A DNA stretch of 64,000 nt from Mobula hypostoma (Eukaryota). This document shows positions 25,846 through 39,239 of the stretch, in pieces. The position numbers were made by a program, and so were the translations under genes. The notes below the pieces were generated by a model. The model was not told the DNA's origin and did no database searches. It was given only the letters and a program-made list of their open reading frames with translations. Positions within the stretch are counted from its first letter, which is position 1. Each line of letters opens with the position of its first letter. The stretch lies in the NCBI RefSeq assembly GCF_963921235.1, contig NC_086098.1, positions 2,418,001 to 2,482,000 of the forward strand, written 5' to 3'.

Positions 25846-27502
25846 AATTAAACTGAATTCACTTTATTACTTACATCCTTCATATACAGGAGGAGTAAAA
25901 ACTTTATGCTATGTCTCCGTTTAACCCTTACATACTGTTCATTCTGTACCTTCACAGTATGGTCTGGGTCAATTTTGACCTGCCCGAAGAATTCCCTCAT
26001 AACAAGTGTCTATACCAAATTTTGAATCACAGATCTATTTAGAATGTATAAATAGCCTATCTGACATTAAAAAATGGGTGATTAATCCTTAATTAATGTT
26101 TCAGAGATCTAAAATCCATTTCAATAGATACGGGTCAAATTTGACCCGGAACAGCCTCAATGTACAAAAATTTGTAGCACCTGTACAAAAGTATAACATT
26201 TTTAAATATTTTCATTTTTGCGCATTTTGGGTCACTTCAGGAAAAGTCGTCAAATTTCTGCTTTAAAAAATGGCATTTTGGGTGTTTTTACTGCTGTCAA
26301 ATGTCAAAATGGGTCTAATTTGCCCGAACGGTATGTAAGGGTGCAATGTGCAATTTATAGTAATTTATAATAAATAGTATGTACAACAGGACAGTCTATA
26401 TAACATAGAATACAGCTATATCAGCATGAATTAATCAGTCTGATTGTCTGGTGGAAGAAGCTGTCCCGGAACCTGTTGGTCCTGGCTTTTATCCTGCGGT
26501 ACCGTTTCCCGGATGGTAGCAGCTGGAACAGTTTGTGGTTGGGGTGACTTGGGTCCCCAATGATCCTTCCGGCCCTTTTTACACACCTGTCACTGTAAAT
26601 GTCCTGAATAATGGGAAGTTCACATCTACAGATGCGCTGGGCTGTCCGCTCCACTCCCTGCAGAGTTCTGCGATTAAGGGAGGTACAGTTCCCATACCAG
26701 GCAGTGATACAGCCAGTCAGGATGCTCTCAATTGTGCCCCTGTAGAAAGTTCTTAGAATTTGGGGGCCCATACCAAACTTCTTCAACCGTGTGAGATGAA
26801 AGAGGCACTGTTGTGCTTTTTTCACCATACAGCCAGTAGGTACAGACCATGTCAGATCCTCGGTGATGTGTATGCTGAGGAACTTAAAGCTGTTCACCTG
26901 CTCAGCCCCAGATCCATTGATGTCAATAGGGGTTAGCCTGTCTGCATTCCTCCTGTAGTCGACAACCAGCTCCTTTGTTTTTGCAACATTGAGGTGTTTT
27001 CTTGACACTACTGTGTCAGGGTGATGACTTCTTCTCTGTAGGCTGCCTCATTATCGTTTTGAATTAGGCCAAATCAATGTAGTGTCGCCAGCAAATTTAA
27101 TTAGCGGATTGGAGCTGTGGGTGGAGACACAGTCATTGGTATACAGAGAGTAAAGGAGGGGGCTTAGGACACAGTCTCAGGGGCACCTGTGTTGAGGGTC
27201 AGAGGGGCAGAGGTGAGGAAGCCCAGTCTTACCACCTACCAGCGATCTGACAGTAAGTCTAGAATCCAGCTACACAAGGCAGGGTGAAGGCCGAGGTCTC
27301 TGAGCTTGTTGTCAAGCCTGGAGGGAATTATGGTGTTGAATTATGAACTGTAGTCCACAAACAGTATTCTCACATAAGCATACTTCTTCTCCAGATGTGC
27401 AAGGACTGTGTGTAGACCTGTGGCTGTGCATCATCTTTCAATTGGTTATATCGATAGGCAAATTGCAGGGGGTCCTGTGTGGGTGGCAGCATGCGGCAGA
27501 TG
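25846..27502 (-). mobile_element. Rex1/Babar-type LINE, 5'-truncated
   Basis: ORF 26421..27008 (LNVAKTKELVVD, FKFL, ESILTGCITAWYG, RFRDSFFHQTIRLIN); same family as 41012-42603. Confidence 0.88.
25925..26341. mobile_element. piggyBac-like MITE nested in a Rex1 3' UTR
   Basis: TTAA|cccttacatactgttc ... gaacggtatgtaaggg (16-bp TIR, 1 mismatch); internal palindromic gggtcaa(a/t)tttgaccc-type motifs; the homologous site in the paralogue near 41085 is empty. Confidence 0.82.
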
Positions 27503-28622
27503 ACCAAACTGCAAGCTGATCACCAAATTTCGCCAGCTTGGTATCAGCGTATCCCTCTGCAATTGAACTTTGGACTTTCTGACTAACAGACCCCAATCAG
27601 TTAAGTTAGATAACCTCTCCTCCTCCACTCTCACCCTGAACACCGGCGTGCCTCAAGGCTGTGTGCTGAGCCCTCTTCTGTACTCCCTTTTCACCTATGA
27701 CTGCGCTCCTGTACGTGGTTCTAACTCCATAATCAAGTTTGCAGACGATACCACGGCGGTTGGTCTGATCAGAGGGGATGATGAGACGGCCTACAGGGAC
27801 AAGGTCCAGCACCTGGCTGCATGGTGTGCCGACAACAATCTGGTCCTTAACACCCAGAAGACCAAGGAGGTCATTGTGGACTTCAGGCATGCCAGAAGTC
27901 ACACTCACGTCCCCATCTACATCAACAGAGTTGTAGTGGAGCGTGTATCAAGCTTCAGATTCCTTGGCGTCCACATTTCCAAGGATCTCACCTGGTCCCT
28001 GAACTCCTCCATCCTGGTCAAAAAAGCGCAACAGTGTCTTTATTTCCTGCGGAGCATCAAGAAAGCTCACCTCTGCCCCAGGATACTGACGGACTTTTAC
28101 CGCTGTACCATTGAGAGCATACTCACCAACTGCATCTCAGTGTGGTGTGGCAATTGTCCCGTATCGGAATGCAAAGCACCCCAGTGTGTGGTGAAAACTG
28201 CCCAGCGGATTATCGGCACCCAATTGCCCACCATTGAGAACATCTACCGTAAACGCTGCCTGGGCAGGGTGAAAAGCATAATCAGGGATGCATCTCACCC
28301 TAACCATGGACTTTTTACTCTCCTCCCATCTGGTAGGCGCTACAGGAGTCTCTGCTCCCGCACCAGCAGGCACAGGAAGAGCTTCTTCCCTGAGGCTGTG
28401 ACAGTGCTGACCCTCACATCACAGCGCTAAGCAGTATTGCATCTGTATTGTACTGTCTCAGTACTTTTATATTTGTGTGCTGTTGCACTTTTTATTCACA
28501 GTTATTTTGTAAATAACACTATTCTTTGCATTTCTGGTCAGATGCTAAATGCATTTCATTGGCTTTATATCTGTACTCAGCACCATGACAATAAAGTTGA
28601 ATCTAAAATCTAAATCTATCTA
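27503..28622 (+). mobile_element. Rex1/Babar-type LINE, 5'-truncated
   Basis: RT ORF 27570..28430; tail caataaagttgaatctaa(aatcta)n. Confidence 0.88.
27570..28430 (+). pseudogene. Partial reverse transcriptase, Rex1/Babar-like
   Basis: GVPQGCVLSPLLYS, KFADD, KTKEVIVDF, FRFLGV motifs. Confidence 0.88.
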
Positions 28623-29292
28623 AAAAATGTAGTACTTGACCAGCCTCTCAAAGCTTATAATTAAGGTGAGTGCGATAGGATGTCAGTCATTCAGACATGT
28701 TACCTTGGTCTTTCAGACACGTTGACACCAGATATATATCACATCACTGTGGGCTGACCCCAGCATATCCTTGGAATGTGTTGGTCATTGACACATTTCA
28801 CTGAAAGCTTTGATGCACATGTCACAAATAAAGCTAATCTATTTAATCTAACTGACTTCTTCAAACCATTAAGCTTATCTTCTGGTATTTTTCCTCAGTG
28901 TCTGTAATTACAGACACTAGATGTTTCAGACCAATAATTACTGCTAGTGGATTCTTTGAGGCAACAAATGAGCAAAGAATTGTGTGTTTCAGAGCCGGTA
29001 AGGTTCTGATTCAGGATCTTAGCCCATAGCAATGGCAATACTTCCTCCCTACAGATTCTGCTCAGCCTCCTGAAACATCAATTGTCTCACTAGCTTCTCT
29101 AGCATTCAGGACACTTTCAAGGAGTGATGCCTCAGAAAGGTGGCATCCATCATTAAGAAACCCCATCACCAAGGACATGACCTCTTCTTATAGTTACCAT
29201 CAGGAATCAGGGACAGAAGCCTGAAGACAACACTCAACGATTCAGAAACTGTTTCTTCCCTTCCGCCGTCAGATGTCTGAATGAATAAACAC

Positions 29293-32200
29293 TACCTCTC
29301 TCGCAGAGTCACATCTGCCAGAAGTGCATACGGCTGGGCGATCTGGAAGACCGTGTAAGGAATCTGGAGCAGCAGCTGGATGACCTTCGACTCATAAGGG
29401 AGAATGAGGCAGTCATAGATGAGAGCTACAGGGAGGAGGTCACACCTAGGCTGTCGGAAGCAGGTCGTTGGGTGACAGTCAGAGGGGGGAAAGCGAAGGT
29501 GAGCAGACAGGTAGAGCACAGCACCCCTGTAGCCATTCCCCTGAATAATAAGTTTACCGTCCTGGATACTGTTGGCGGGGATGACCGACCAGGTGTGAGC
29601 CATGGTGGCAGGGCCTCCAGCACTGAGTCTGACCCTGTGGTGCAGAAGGGTGGGACGGAGAAGAGGAGAGCTGTCGTCATTGGAGACTCTATAGTCAGGG
29701 GAGCAGACAGGAGATTTTGTGGACGTGAGGACATCCACATGGTTTGTTGCCTCCCGGGTGCCAGGGTCCGGGATGTCTCTGACCGGGTGCACGACATCCT
29801 GGTACGAGAGGGAAAGCAACCAGAAATCGTGATACATGTTGGGACCAACGACATAGGCAGGAAGAGGGATGAGGTCCTGAAGAGTGAGTTTCCGGAATTA
29901 GGCAGAAGGCTGAAGAACAGGACCTCAGGGGTGGCGTTCTCAGGATTCCTGCCAGTGCTACGTGACAGAGATGGTAAGAATTGGAGGAGATGGCAGTTGA
30001 ATGCGTGGCTGAGGAGTTGGTGCAGGGAGCAGGGTTTTAGATTTTTAGATCATTGGGATCTCTTCTGGGGAAGGTGGGACATGTACAGATTGGATGGGTT
30101 GCACCTGAACTCGAGGGGGAGCAATATCCTTGCAGGTAGGTTTGCTAACATGGTTCGGGAGGGTTTAAACTAATTTGCGAGGGGGATGGGACCCAGAGTG
30201 ATAGAGCAGTGAAAGAAGTGCATAGAGTAAAGCCAGATCTAACATACAGAGAGGCTTTGAGGAAAGAGAAGCAGAATAAACGGTGTAAAGACAGTAAGGT
30301 AGAAGGGCTGAAATGTGTGTACCTCAGTGCAAGAAGCATCAGGAACAAAGGTGATGAACTGAGAGCTTGGATACTTACATGGAATTATGATGTAGTCGCC
30401 ATTACAGAGACTTGGCTGATACCAGGGCAGGAATGGATTCTCAATATTCCTGGATTTCAGTGCTTTAAAAGGGATAGAGAGGACAGAAAAAGGGGAGGAG
30501 GGGTGGCATTACTGGTCAGGGATACTATTACAGCTACAGAAAGGGTGGGTAATGTAGCAGGATCCTCTTTTGAGTCAGTATGGGTGGAAGTCAGGAACAG
30601 GAAGGGAGCAGTTACTCTATTGGGGGTATTCTATAGGCCCACTGGTAGCAGCAGAGATACAAAGGAACAGGTTGGGAGGCAGATTTTGGAAAGGTGCAAA
30701 AATAACAGGGTTGTTATCATGGGTGACTTTAACTTCCCTAATATTGATTGGCACCTGATTAGTTCCAAGGGTTTAGATGGGGCAGAGTTTGTTAAGTGTG
30801 TCCAGGATAGATTCCTGTCACAGTATGTGGACAGGCCGACCAGGGGAATGCCATACTAGATCTAGTACTAGGTAATGAACCAGGTCAGGTCACAGATCTC
30901 TCAGTGGGCGAGCATCTGGGGGACAGTGACCACCGCTCCCTGGCCTTTATAATTATCATGGAAAAGGATAGAATCAAAGAGGACAGGAAAATTTTTAATT
31001 GGGGAAAGGCAAATTATGAGGCTATAAGGCTAGAACTTGCGGATGTGAATTGGGATGACGTTTTTGCAGGGAAATGTACTATGGGCATGTGGTCGATGTT
31101 TTGAGATCTCTTGAAGGATGTAAGGGATAAATTTGTCCGGGTGAGGAAGATAAAGAATGGTAGAGTGAAGGAACCATGGGTGACAAGTGAGGTGGAAAAG
31201 CTAGTCAGGTGGAAGAAGGCAGCATACATGAGGTTTAGGAAGCAAGGATCAGATGGGTCTATTGAGGAATATAGGGAAGCAAGAAAGGAGCTTAAGAAGG
31301 GGCTGAGAAGAGCAAGAAGGGAGCATGAGAAGGCCTTGGCAAGTAGGGTAAAGGAAAACCCCAAGGCATTCTTCAATTATGTGAAGAAAAAAAGGATGAC
31401 AGGAGTGAAGGTAGGACCGATTAGAGATAAAGGTGGGAAGATGTGCCTGGAGGCTGTGGAAGTGAGCGAGGTCCTCAATGAATACTTCTCTTCGGTATTC
31501 ACCAATGAGAGGGAACTTGATGACGGTGAGGACAATATGAGTGAGGTGTGATATTAAGGCAGAGGAGGTGTTGGAGTTGTTAAAATACATTAGGACAGAT
31601 AAGTCCCCGGGGCCTGACGGAATGTTCCCCAGGCTGCTCCACGAGGCGAGAGAAGAGATTGCTGAGCCTCTGGCTAGGATCTTTATGTCCCCGTTGTCCA
31701 TGGGAATGGTACCGGAGGATTGGAGGGAGGCGAATGTTGTTCCCTTGTTCAAAAAAGGTAGTAGGGAGAGTCCGGGTAATTATAGACCAGTGAGCCTTAC
31801 GTCTGTGGTGGGAAAGCTGTTGGAAAAGATTCTTAGAGATAGGATCTATGGGCATTTAGAGAATCATGGTCTGATCAGGGACAGTCAGCATGGCTTTGTG
31901 AAGGGCAGATCATGTCTAACAAGCCTGATAGAGTTCTTTGAGGAGGTGACCAGCCATATAGATGAGAGTAGTGCAGTGGATGTGATCTATATGGATTTTA
32001 GTAAGGCATTTGACAAGGTTCCACATGGTAGGCTTATTCAGAAAGTTAGAAGGCATGGGATCCAGGGAAGTTTGGTCAGGTGGATTCAGAATTGGCTTGC
32101 CTGCAGAAGGCAGAGGGTGGTGGTGGAGGGAGTAGATTCAGATTGAAGGATTGTGACTAGTGGTGTCCCACAAGGATCTGTTCTGGGACCTCTACTTTTC

Positions 32201-33140
32201 GTGATTTTTATTAACGACCTGGATGTGGGGGTAGAAGGGTGGGTTGGCAAGTTTGCAGACGACATAAAGGTTGATGGTGTTGTGGATAGTGCAGAGGATT
32301 GTCAAAGATTGCAGAGAGACATTGATAGGATGCAGAAGTGAGCTGAGAAGTGGCAGATGGAGTTCAACCCGGAGAAGTGTGAGGTGGTACACTTTGGAAG
32401 GACAAACTCCAAGGCAGAGTACAAAGTAAATGGCAGGATACTTGGTAGTGTGGAGGAGCAGAGGAATCTGGGGGTACATGTCCACAGATCCCTGAAAGTT
32501 GCCTCACAGGTGGATAGGGTAGTTAAGAAAGCTTATGGGGTGTTAGCTTTCATAAGTCGAGGGATAGAGTTTAAGAGTCGCGATGTAATGATGCAGCTCT
32601 ATAAAACTCTGGTTAGGCCACACTTGGAGTACTGTGTCCAGTTCTGGTCACCTCACTATAGGAAGGATGTGGAAGCATTGGAAAGGGTACAGAGGAGATT
32701 CACCAGGATGCTGCCTGGTTTTGAAAGTATGCATTATGATCAGAGATTAAGGGAGCTAGGGCTTTACTCTTTGGAGAGAAGGAGGATGAGAGGAGACATG
32801 ATAGAGATATACAAGATAGTAAGAGGAATAGATAGAGTGGATAGCCAGCGCCTCTTCCCCAGGGCACCACTGCTCAATACAAGAGGAAATGGCTTTAAGG
32901 TAAGGGGTGGGAAGTTCAAGGAGGATATTAGAGGAGGTTTTTTACTCAGAGAGTGGTTGGTGCGTGGAATACACTGCCTGAGTCAGTGGTGAAGGTAGAT
33001 ACACTAGTGAAGTTTAAGAGACTATTCGACAGGTATATGGAGGAATTTAAGGTGGGGACTTATATGGGAGGCAGGGTTTGAGGGTCGGCACAACATTGTG
33101 GGCTGAAGGCCCTGTACTGTGCTGTACTATTCTACATTCT
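29293..33140 (+). mobile_element. Near full-length CR1-type LINE (ORF1 plus disrupted ORF2)
   Basis: ORF1 with esterase domain; ORF2 fragments 30209..30859, 31111..31551, 31541..32146, 32153..32341 and 32357..32992, broken by frameshifts and stops; 3' tail near 33110-33140. Confidence 0.95.
29472..30173 (+). pseudogene. CR1 ORF1, SGNH/GDSL esterase domain (N-terminus truncated)
   Basis: VIGDSIVRG (block I), HVGTND (block III), DGLHLN (block V); upstream sequence reads HICQKC..LEQQLDDLRLIRENE (Cys knuckle, coiled coil). Confidence 0.88.
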
Positions 33141-33697
33141 ACCTCACCATATTTTTTTCTCCTTCTGCACTACTTTTTAAATGTATTATTGATATATATA
33201 TATATACTTATTGTAATTTACAATAAAAATATTTTGTCATTATGTTTTGCAATGTACTGTGCCTCATAACGACAAATTTTGTAACATATGCCAGTGATAT
33301 GAAACCTGATTCTGATAGATGCTGCCTGATCTGCTGAGTTCCTCCAGCATTTAGTGTGTGTTAGCGTTCAGCCTCCCGAGTTCACCCAACAGTTTGAATA
33401 TTTGCATATATTCCAGAACACACAGGCTGTTATGTCTCCTATGATTCTTTCAGACCCCATTTATTCCATTAGCCTGTTTTAATCATGCTTCACCACAAAA
33501 CCATCTAATCACATAGAAAATTGTCACATAGAAAATCAGAATTTAAAATCCACCTCCATTTGAAGGAAGTAAAACAATTGAGAACTTCACATTTTATAAG
33601 CACATGTTCAGAGGTTGGATGTTGTTAATAGAGAATATTCTTTTTTGTATCTTTTCTTCAAACAAGACACTCATCATTTCAAATATTTGTTTTCTTA

Positions 33698-33913
33698 AAC
33701 ACAAGAGATTCTGCAAATGCTGGACTTCCAGAGTAGCACGCACACACAAAATGCTGGAGGAACTCAACAAGTCAGGTGCTATCTATGGAAAGAATAAGCA
33801 GTCGACGTTTTGGGGCCAAGACCGAAAGCAGAGACCTGATGATGACCCTTTATTCCGCTCCATGGATGCTGCCTGACCTGTTGAGTTCCTCCAGCATTTT
33901 CTCTGTGTTGCTC
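33698..33913. mobile_element. Fold-back (Penelope-like) short element with both arms
   Basis: aaaatgctggaggaactcaaca..gtcagg is mirrored by cctgacctgttgagttcctccagcatttt; scrambled centre retains ctgatga. Confidence 0.7.
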
Positions 33914-34426
33914 ATGCTGTCTTTGCTTGTTAGATTGCTCATTTCAAATGTCAGGATAATTCAACAAAAGATGATCTTAAATTTACTAGTGAAATGTGCA
34001 CGATTCTACATCAATATCCTGGTACATTAAAGATTATTTGAGTAGATAGTACACATCAGTTTCTGAGAGTTAATCAAGATTAGAATGTTCAAGAACTATA
34101 ACAGCAGATACTGGAATCTGAAACAGAATGAAAATGCTGGATGATCTCAGGCCATCAATCAGCATCTGTGGAAGAGAAGACAGTCAATCTTGGTCAGTGA
34201 CTGGAAGAGGGGAGAGTGAAGAGTCAAAGAGCTATGGAACACTACAGTACAGAAGCTGGTCCTTCGCTCCATCTGCTCCATGCTGAACTATAACTCTGCC
34301 TAGTCCTATCAATCCACACCTGGACCATAGCCCTCCCATCCTTGTGTTTATCCAGACATCCCTTAAATGGTGTAATCAAACCTGCATCCACTACTTCTCG
34401 GGCAGTTAATTCCATACTCTCACCAC

Positions 34427-34656
34427 TGATGCACTATCAATTACTCCAAAAGACTGGAAGTAGAGTAAATACTGAAAGGCTTTTACGAACAGTAAAATGG
34501 GTCCTTGTCCATGCTGTGTCTGTCCTGGACTGAGGGAGGAGCAGAGACACAATCGCCTTTATTCAGGGTTCTGTGGGAGGAGCCACAGGAGCAGTCGGCA
34601 GAGGGGCGTGTCCAGACAGGTAACCCAGTTACAACCTATACACATGGTTTACCACA
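34427..34656 (-). mobile_element. Short solo LTR (230 bp) nested in a minus-strand CR1 3' fragment (~34225-34745)
   Basis: TG...CA termini; exact 5-bp TSD ACCAC (34422-34426, 34657-34661); removing it restores the CR1 sequence ctctcaccaccctctg. Confidence 0.82.
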
Positions 34657-35201
34657 ACCACCCTCTGAGTGAAGTTCCCCCTGATGTTCCCCTTAAACAT
34701 TTCTCCTTTCACCCTTAACCCATGCCCTTTGTCTCACCCAACCATACTGCTTGTATTTACAGTGTGTATTCCCCTCATATTTTAAAATAAAGGAGATGCA
34801 AGACAAAAGCCAATAGGGAGATAGGTTCAGGCAGATCAGGTGACAAGACTCATAAGCACTGACCAAAAGATTCAAGTTTTTCCATGAAATGTGATAACCA
34901 TAGCCACAGAAAACATACTTGCAGTTCAGGAGTCTATGAAAATAAAGTAGTAAGTTGTGATTCAGTAATCCTATTGAGAAGTTCAAGTGAGACGATAACC
35001 TATGACATTATTCCACTGAAGCATTATTTGTCAGATTAACCTGAGATTGAATTACTGTCAGTAAATCACACACACATTGGGATTACTGATATAAAATGTT
35101 ATTTTTGCCCTTTTCCTTTACGTTCAGAAAATACTGATTTATCAGACGTTAGTTTCTCAAACCAATTGAAGTTATTCAAGGTATTTGAAACCTCACTTCA
35201 A

Positions 35202-35442
35202 CACTGAATGGATCACTGACCTCTCTCCACACTGAACTGATCTCTGATCTCTCTCCATACTGAATGGAGCACCGATCTCTCTCCACACTGAGCGGATCAC
35301 TGATCTCTCTCCAGAATGAACTGATCACTGATCTTTCTCCATACTGAATGGAACACCGATTGCTCTCCACACTGAACTGATCACTGATCCCTCTCCAGAC
35401 TGAATGGAGCACCGATCGCTCTCCACACTGAGCGGATCACTG
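35202..35442. repeat. 28-bp minisatellite, about 8.5 copies
   Basis: Unit ~cactgaatggatcactgatctctctcca. Confidence 0.9.
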
Positions 35443-36399
35443 GACACAACCTGTGGACTCACTTTCAAGGACTCTACAATTTACGTTCTCAGCATTATTA
35501 ATTATTATTGTTAAATTATTTTGTATTTGTATGATTTATCTTATTTTGCACATAATTTGTCAGTCCTTTTATTTGTGTAATGTTTTTTTTTGATTCTGTC
35601 ATATTTCTTTGTTCTGTGAATGCCTGTAAGCCAATGGATCTCAGCGTTTTATATGGTAACATATACGCACTTAAATTTTCTTTGAACTTTGAACCTTGAG
35701 TTGTCATAAGAACCGAGAAAGTTACTGGCCTCTTCAGCTTTAGGAAAGAGTGATACCAAACCTCATCCTTTTCCGGTGGCCAGAGCCTAGTTACCTCAGG
35801 GAACCCTGAAAAACACCGTCATGTTCTGTAGCAGGTCAGGCAGCATCTATGGAAATGAATAAATACTCAATGTTTTGGGCTGAGTCCCTTCTTCAGGACT
35901 GAGGTAAGTTCTTTTACACAAAGAGTGTGGTAGGTGTGTAGAACAAGCTGCTAGATGTGCTAGTAGAGGCAGATATAATTCAGTTGAGACATTTAATAGA
36001 CTCCTAAATAGGCACATAGATGAATTAAAAATGGAAGACTATGTAGGAGGGAAGAATTCAATTGATCTTGATTAGTTTAAAGGCTCAGCACAACATCATG
36101 GGCATAAGGTCCTGTACTGGGCTCTACTGTTCTGTGGTAGAGTGGGCTGGTTGTCCTTCACACGGAGGCTGACCCTTGGCAAATTACCTGCTAATTGTGT
36201 GGAGAAACACCCACAAAATGCTGGAGGAACTCAGCATGTCAGGCAGCATCTATGGAATTGACGTTTCAGGCCGAGACCCTTCATCGGGTCTCAAGCTCAT
36301 CATCTGCCTCGAAATTGCATTACTGCTCCAGAACCCTTCACTTCTTCTTCAGTCCAAAATTAATTAATTCAGTCCTGTTACAATAAGAAATATTCTTAA

Positions 36400-36920
36400 A
36401 AATTATTACTGGTGAAAAAAGAGTGCAAAGCAGTGAGGTAGTTTTCATGGGTTCAAGAACCGTTCGGATATCTGACGGCGGAAGGGAAGAAGCATTTCCT
36501 AAAACGCTGAGTGAGTGTCTTCAGGCTCTTTGACCTGCTCCCTGATGGTAGAGATGAAAAGAGGGCATGTCCTGGATGACAAGAGCCCCTAATGATGGAT
36601 ACTACCCTCTCCGGGCATCATTTTTTGAAGATGTCGTCGTTGCTGGGGAGGTTAGTGCTCAAGATGGAGCTGGCTCAGTTTACAACCCTGTTCAGCTTGA
36701 ACCCACCTTGTGCATTGGAGACTCCATACCAGATGGTGATTCAACTAATCAGAGTGCAAGGGTTATCTGTAGAAATTCGTGAGTCTTTGGTGACATACCA
36801 AATCTCCTCAAGCTCTTAATGAACTAAAGTCCATTGACATGCCTTCTTCATAATTGCATCAATATGTTGGGCCCAGGATAGATCTTCAGAGATGTTGACA
36901 CCCTGGAACTTGAAACTTCA
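36400..36920 (-). mobile_element. Degraded Rex1/Babar-like fragment
   Basis: Similar to 15420-15910 and 44409-45062 (gggcccaggatagatcttcagagatgttgaca..ggaacttgaa). Confidence 0.7.
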
Positions 36921-37364
36921 AGTCCCTCTGCAAGCCTACAGCAGCCCAGATCAAATTGTCTATTCAACTAACTTTTCATCTTCAGCTGAAATCACTTTTA
37001 AAAACAAGAGCATTCACAAAACATAGGTCTCTTCCTTACTTCATAACAAGACCCTGAACTTTCCTGATGCTTGCACAAAAGTGCGTACAGAAGCAGCATT
37101 GAACAAGTGAGTGCAAGGAAGAAAAACCACCACGTGGAAGTGAGCTGTAAAACTGCGAGATCAAACTCTTGGGAATAAATTAGAAGGAAGACATCACCTC
37201 AGTTCTATCAATGACAGGATGCCTTAGAAATCAGTCTTTACAAGAAAGGAATGCAAAACAAGAAATGTTAGATGTTGTTTTGAAACCTTGTTAATAAAAA
37301 TATCGATCAATAGTTTCAAATGTTTTATCGACTATTTAAATTGAAGAATAATGTCCATGTTGTT

Positions 37365-38160
37365 TGGTTAAGTTCAGATGGAGTTCAATTCAGAAAAGTG
37401 TGAAGTGTTTCATTTTGGAAGGACAAACTTGAAGGCTGATTACAGGGTTAATAGCAGGATTCTTAACCATGTGCAGGAACAGAGAGGTCTTGGGATTCAC
37501 ATCCATTGATCACTCAAAGTTTCAGAGCAAGTTGCTAAAATGGTGAGGAAGGTATATGGTGTGTTCGCCTTCATTAGTCAGATGACTGAATTCAAGAGTT
37601 ACAAGATAATTTAGCAGCTCCATAAAACTCTGGTCAGAACACACTCAGAGTATGTGTTCAGTTCTAGTTGGCTCATTATAGGAAGGATGTGAAAGATTTT
37701 GAGAGGATACAGAGATTTACCATGATGCTACATGGATTAGAAAGCATGTCCTATGAAGATAGGCTGAATGAGCTCGGACTTTTCTCTTTGAAGAGGAGAA
37801 GAATGAGAAGTGAAAATAGAGGTATACAGGTACAGGTTGATAAGAAATAGACAGAGGCCTTTTCTTTGGGCTGAAATGGCTAATGCAAGGGAGCACATCT
37901 TTAAGGTGTTGGGAGGAAGTACAGGGGCAACGTCAGAGGGAAGTGTTTTACATAGAGAATGGTAGGGGCATGGAGAGTGCCTTCAGGGGTGAAGGTAGAG
38001 GCAGGTATATTAGGGACATTTAAGAGATTTATAGGCACATGGATGAAGGAAAAATGAAGGCCTATGTAGGAAGGAAGGGTTACATTAATCCTGGAATAGG
38101 TTAAAGGGTCAGCACAACATCATGGGCTAAAGGCACCATCCTTTTCTCCGTTCTGTGTTC
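37365..38160 (+). mobile_element. Degraded CR1-type 3' fragment
   Basis: cagatggagttcaattcagaaaagtgtgaagtg (QMEFN.EKCEV) through the 3' UTR. Confidence 0.82.
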
Positions 38161-39239
38161 TTTCACTGGATAGGAGTAACTCACTAGAATCATAGAGAGA
38201 TACAGGACAGAAACACTTCTAGTCTAATCCATCTAATCTAATCTAGTCTATACTAATCCTCCATGAATACCTTTCCCTGCAGCATCTTATCAGTTCCCTT
38301 ATTGCACAAGATGCTATCCACTCTTTATGCCTCTCATCATGTTATAAACGTCTATATCACTTCTTAGCTACATGACTGCTTTAGTCAGACTGTTTCCAGC
38401 ACAGATTTGAGCCCACTGCTATTAGACTCTCAAACAGACGTCTTGTATGATAGGATGGAATCATGATTTCACAATTCACCTCATTACAATCTTGCAATTT
38501 TTGTTTACCTGCACTGAACAATATCAGCAGCTTTTACCCTCTATTCTGCATTGCTATTGTTCTGCCGTGCTCTACCTCAATATACGGTGTAATGTTAGAA
38601 TCATAGAACACTACAGCACGGAAAGGGCTCTGCGGCCCACCTCGTGCATGTTGAATCACTAATCTGTCTACTCCCATCGACCTGCACCTGGACCATAGCC
38701 CAACATTGCCCCCCACCCATCCACATACCTATCCACATTTCTCTTGAATGTTGAAATTAACAGGCAGCTCATTCCACACTCTCACAACCCCATCATGTTC
38801 TGTTTAAATATTTCAGCTTTCACCCTTAACCCATTTCCACTCATGGCCAGTCAGATACTTTTTTCCTTGGGCAGAAATGGCTAATACAAGGGATCATATC
38901 TTTAAGGTGTTGGGAGGAAGTACAGGGGGGATGTCAGAGGTAGGTTTTTCTACACAGAGAGTTGTAGGTGCATGGGATGTAGCCTCACCCAACCTCAGTG
39001 GAAAAAGCCTGTTTACATTTACCCTATCTACACCCGTCATAATCTTGTATGCCTCTTTCAAATCTCCCCTCAATATTCTACATTCTAGGGAATAATATCC
39101 TAATCTATTGAATCTCTCCCTATAACTCTGGTCCTCCAGTTTGGCAACATCCTTGTATATTTTTTCTGCACTATTTCAATATTATTACATCTTTCTGGTA
39201 GGTAGGTGACCAAAACTGCACACAATACTCCAAATTCCG

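Noticed and set aside
35202..35442. CRISPR-like array
   Set aside because: Contiguous tandem units without spacers, no cas genes, and a vertebrate context.
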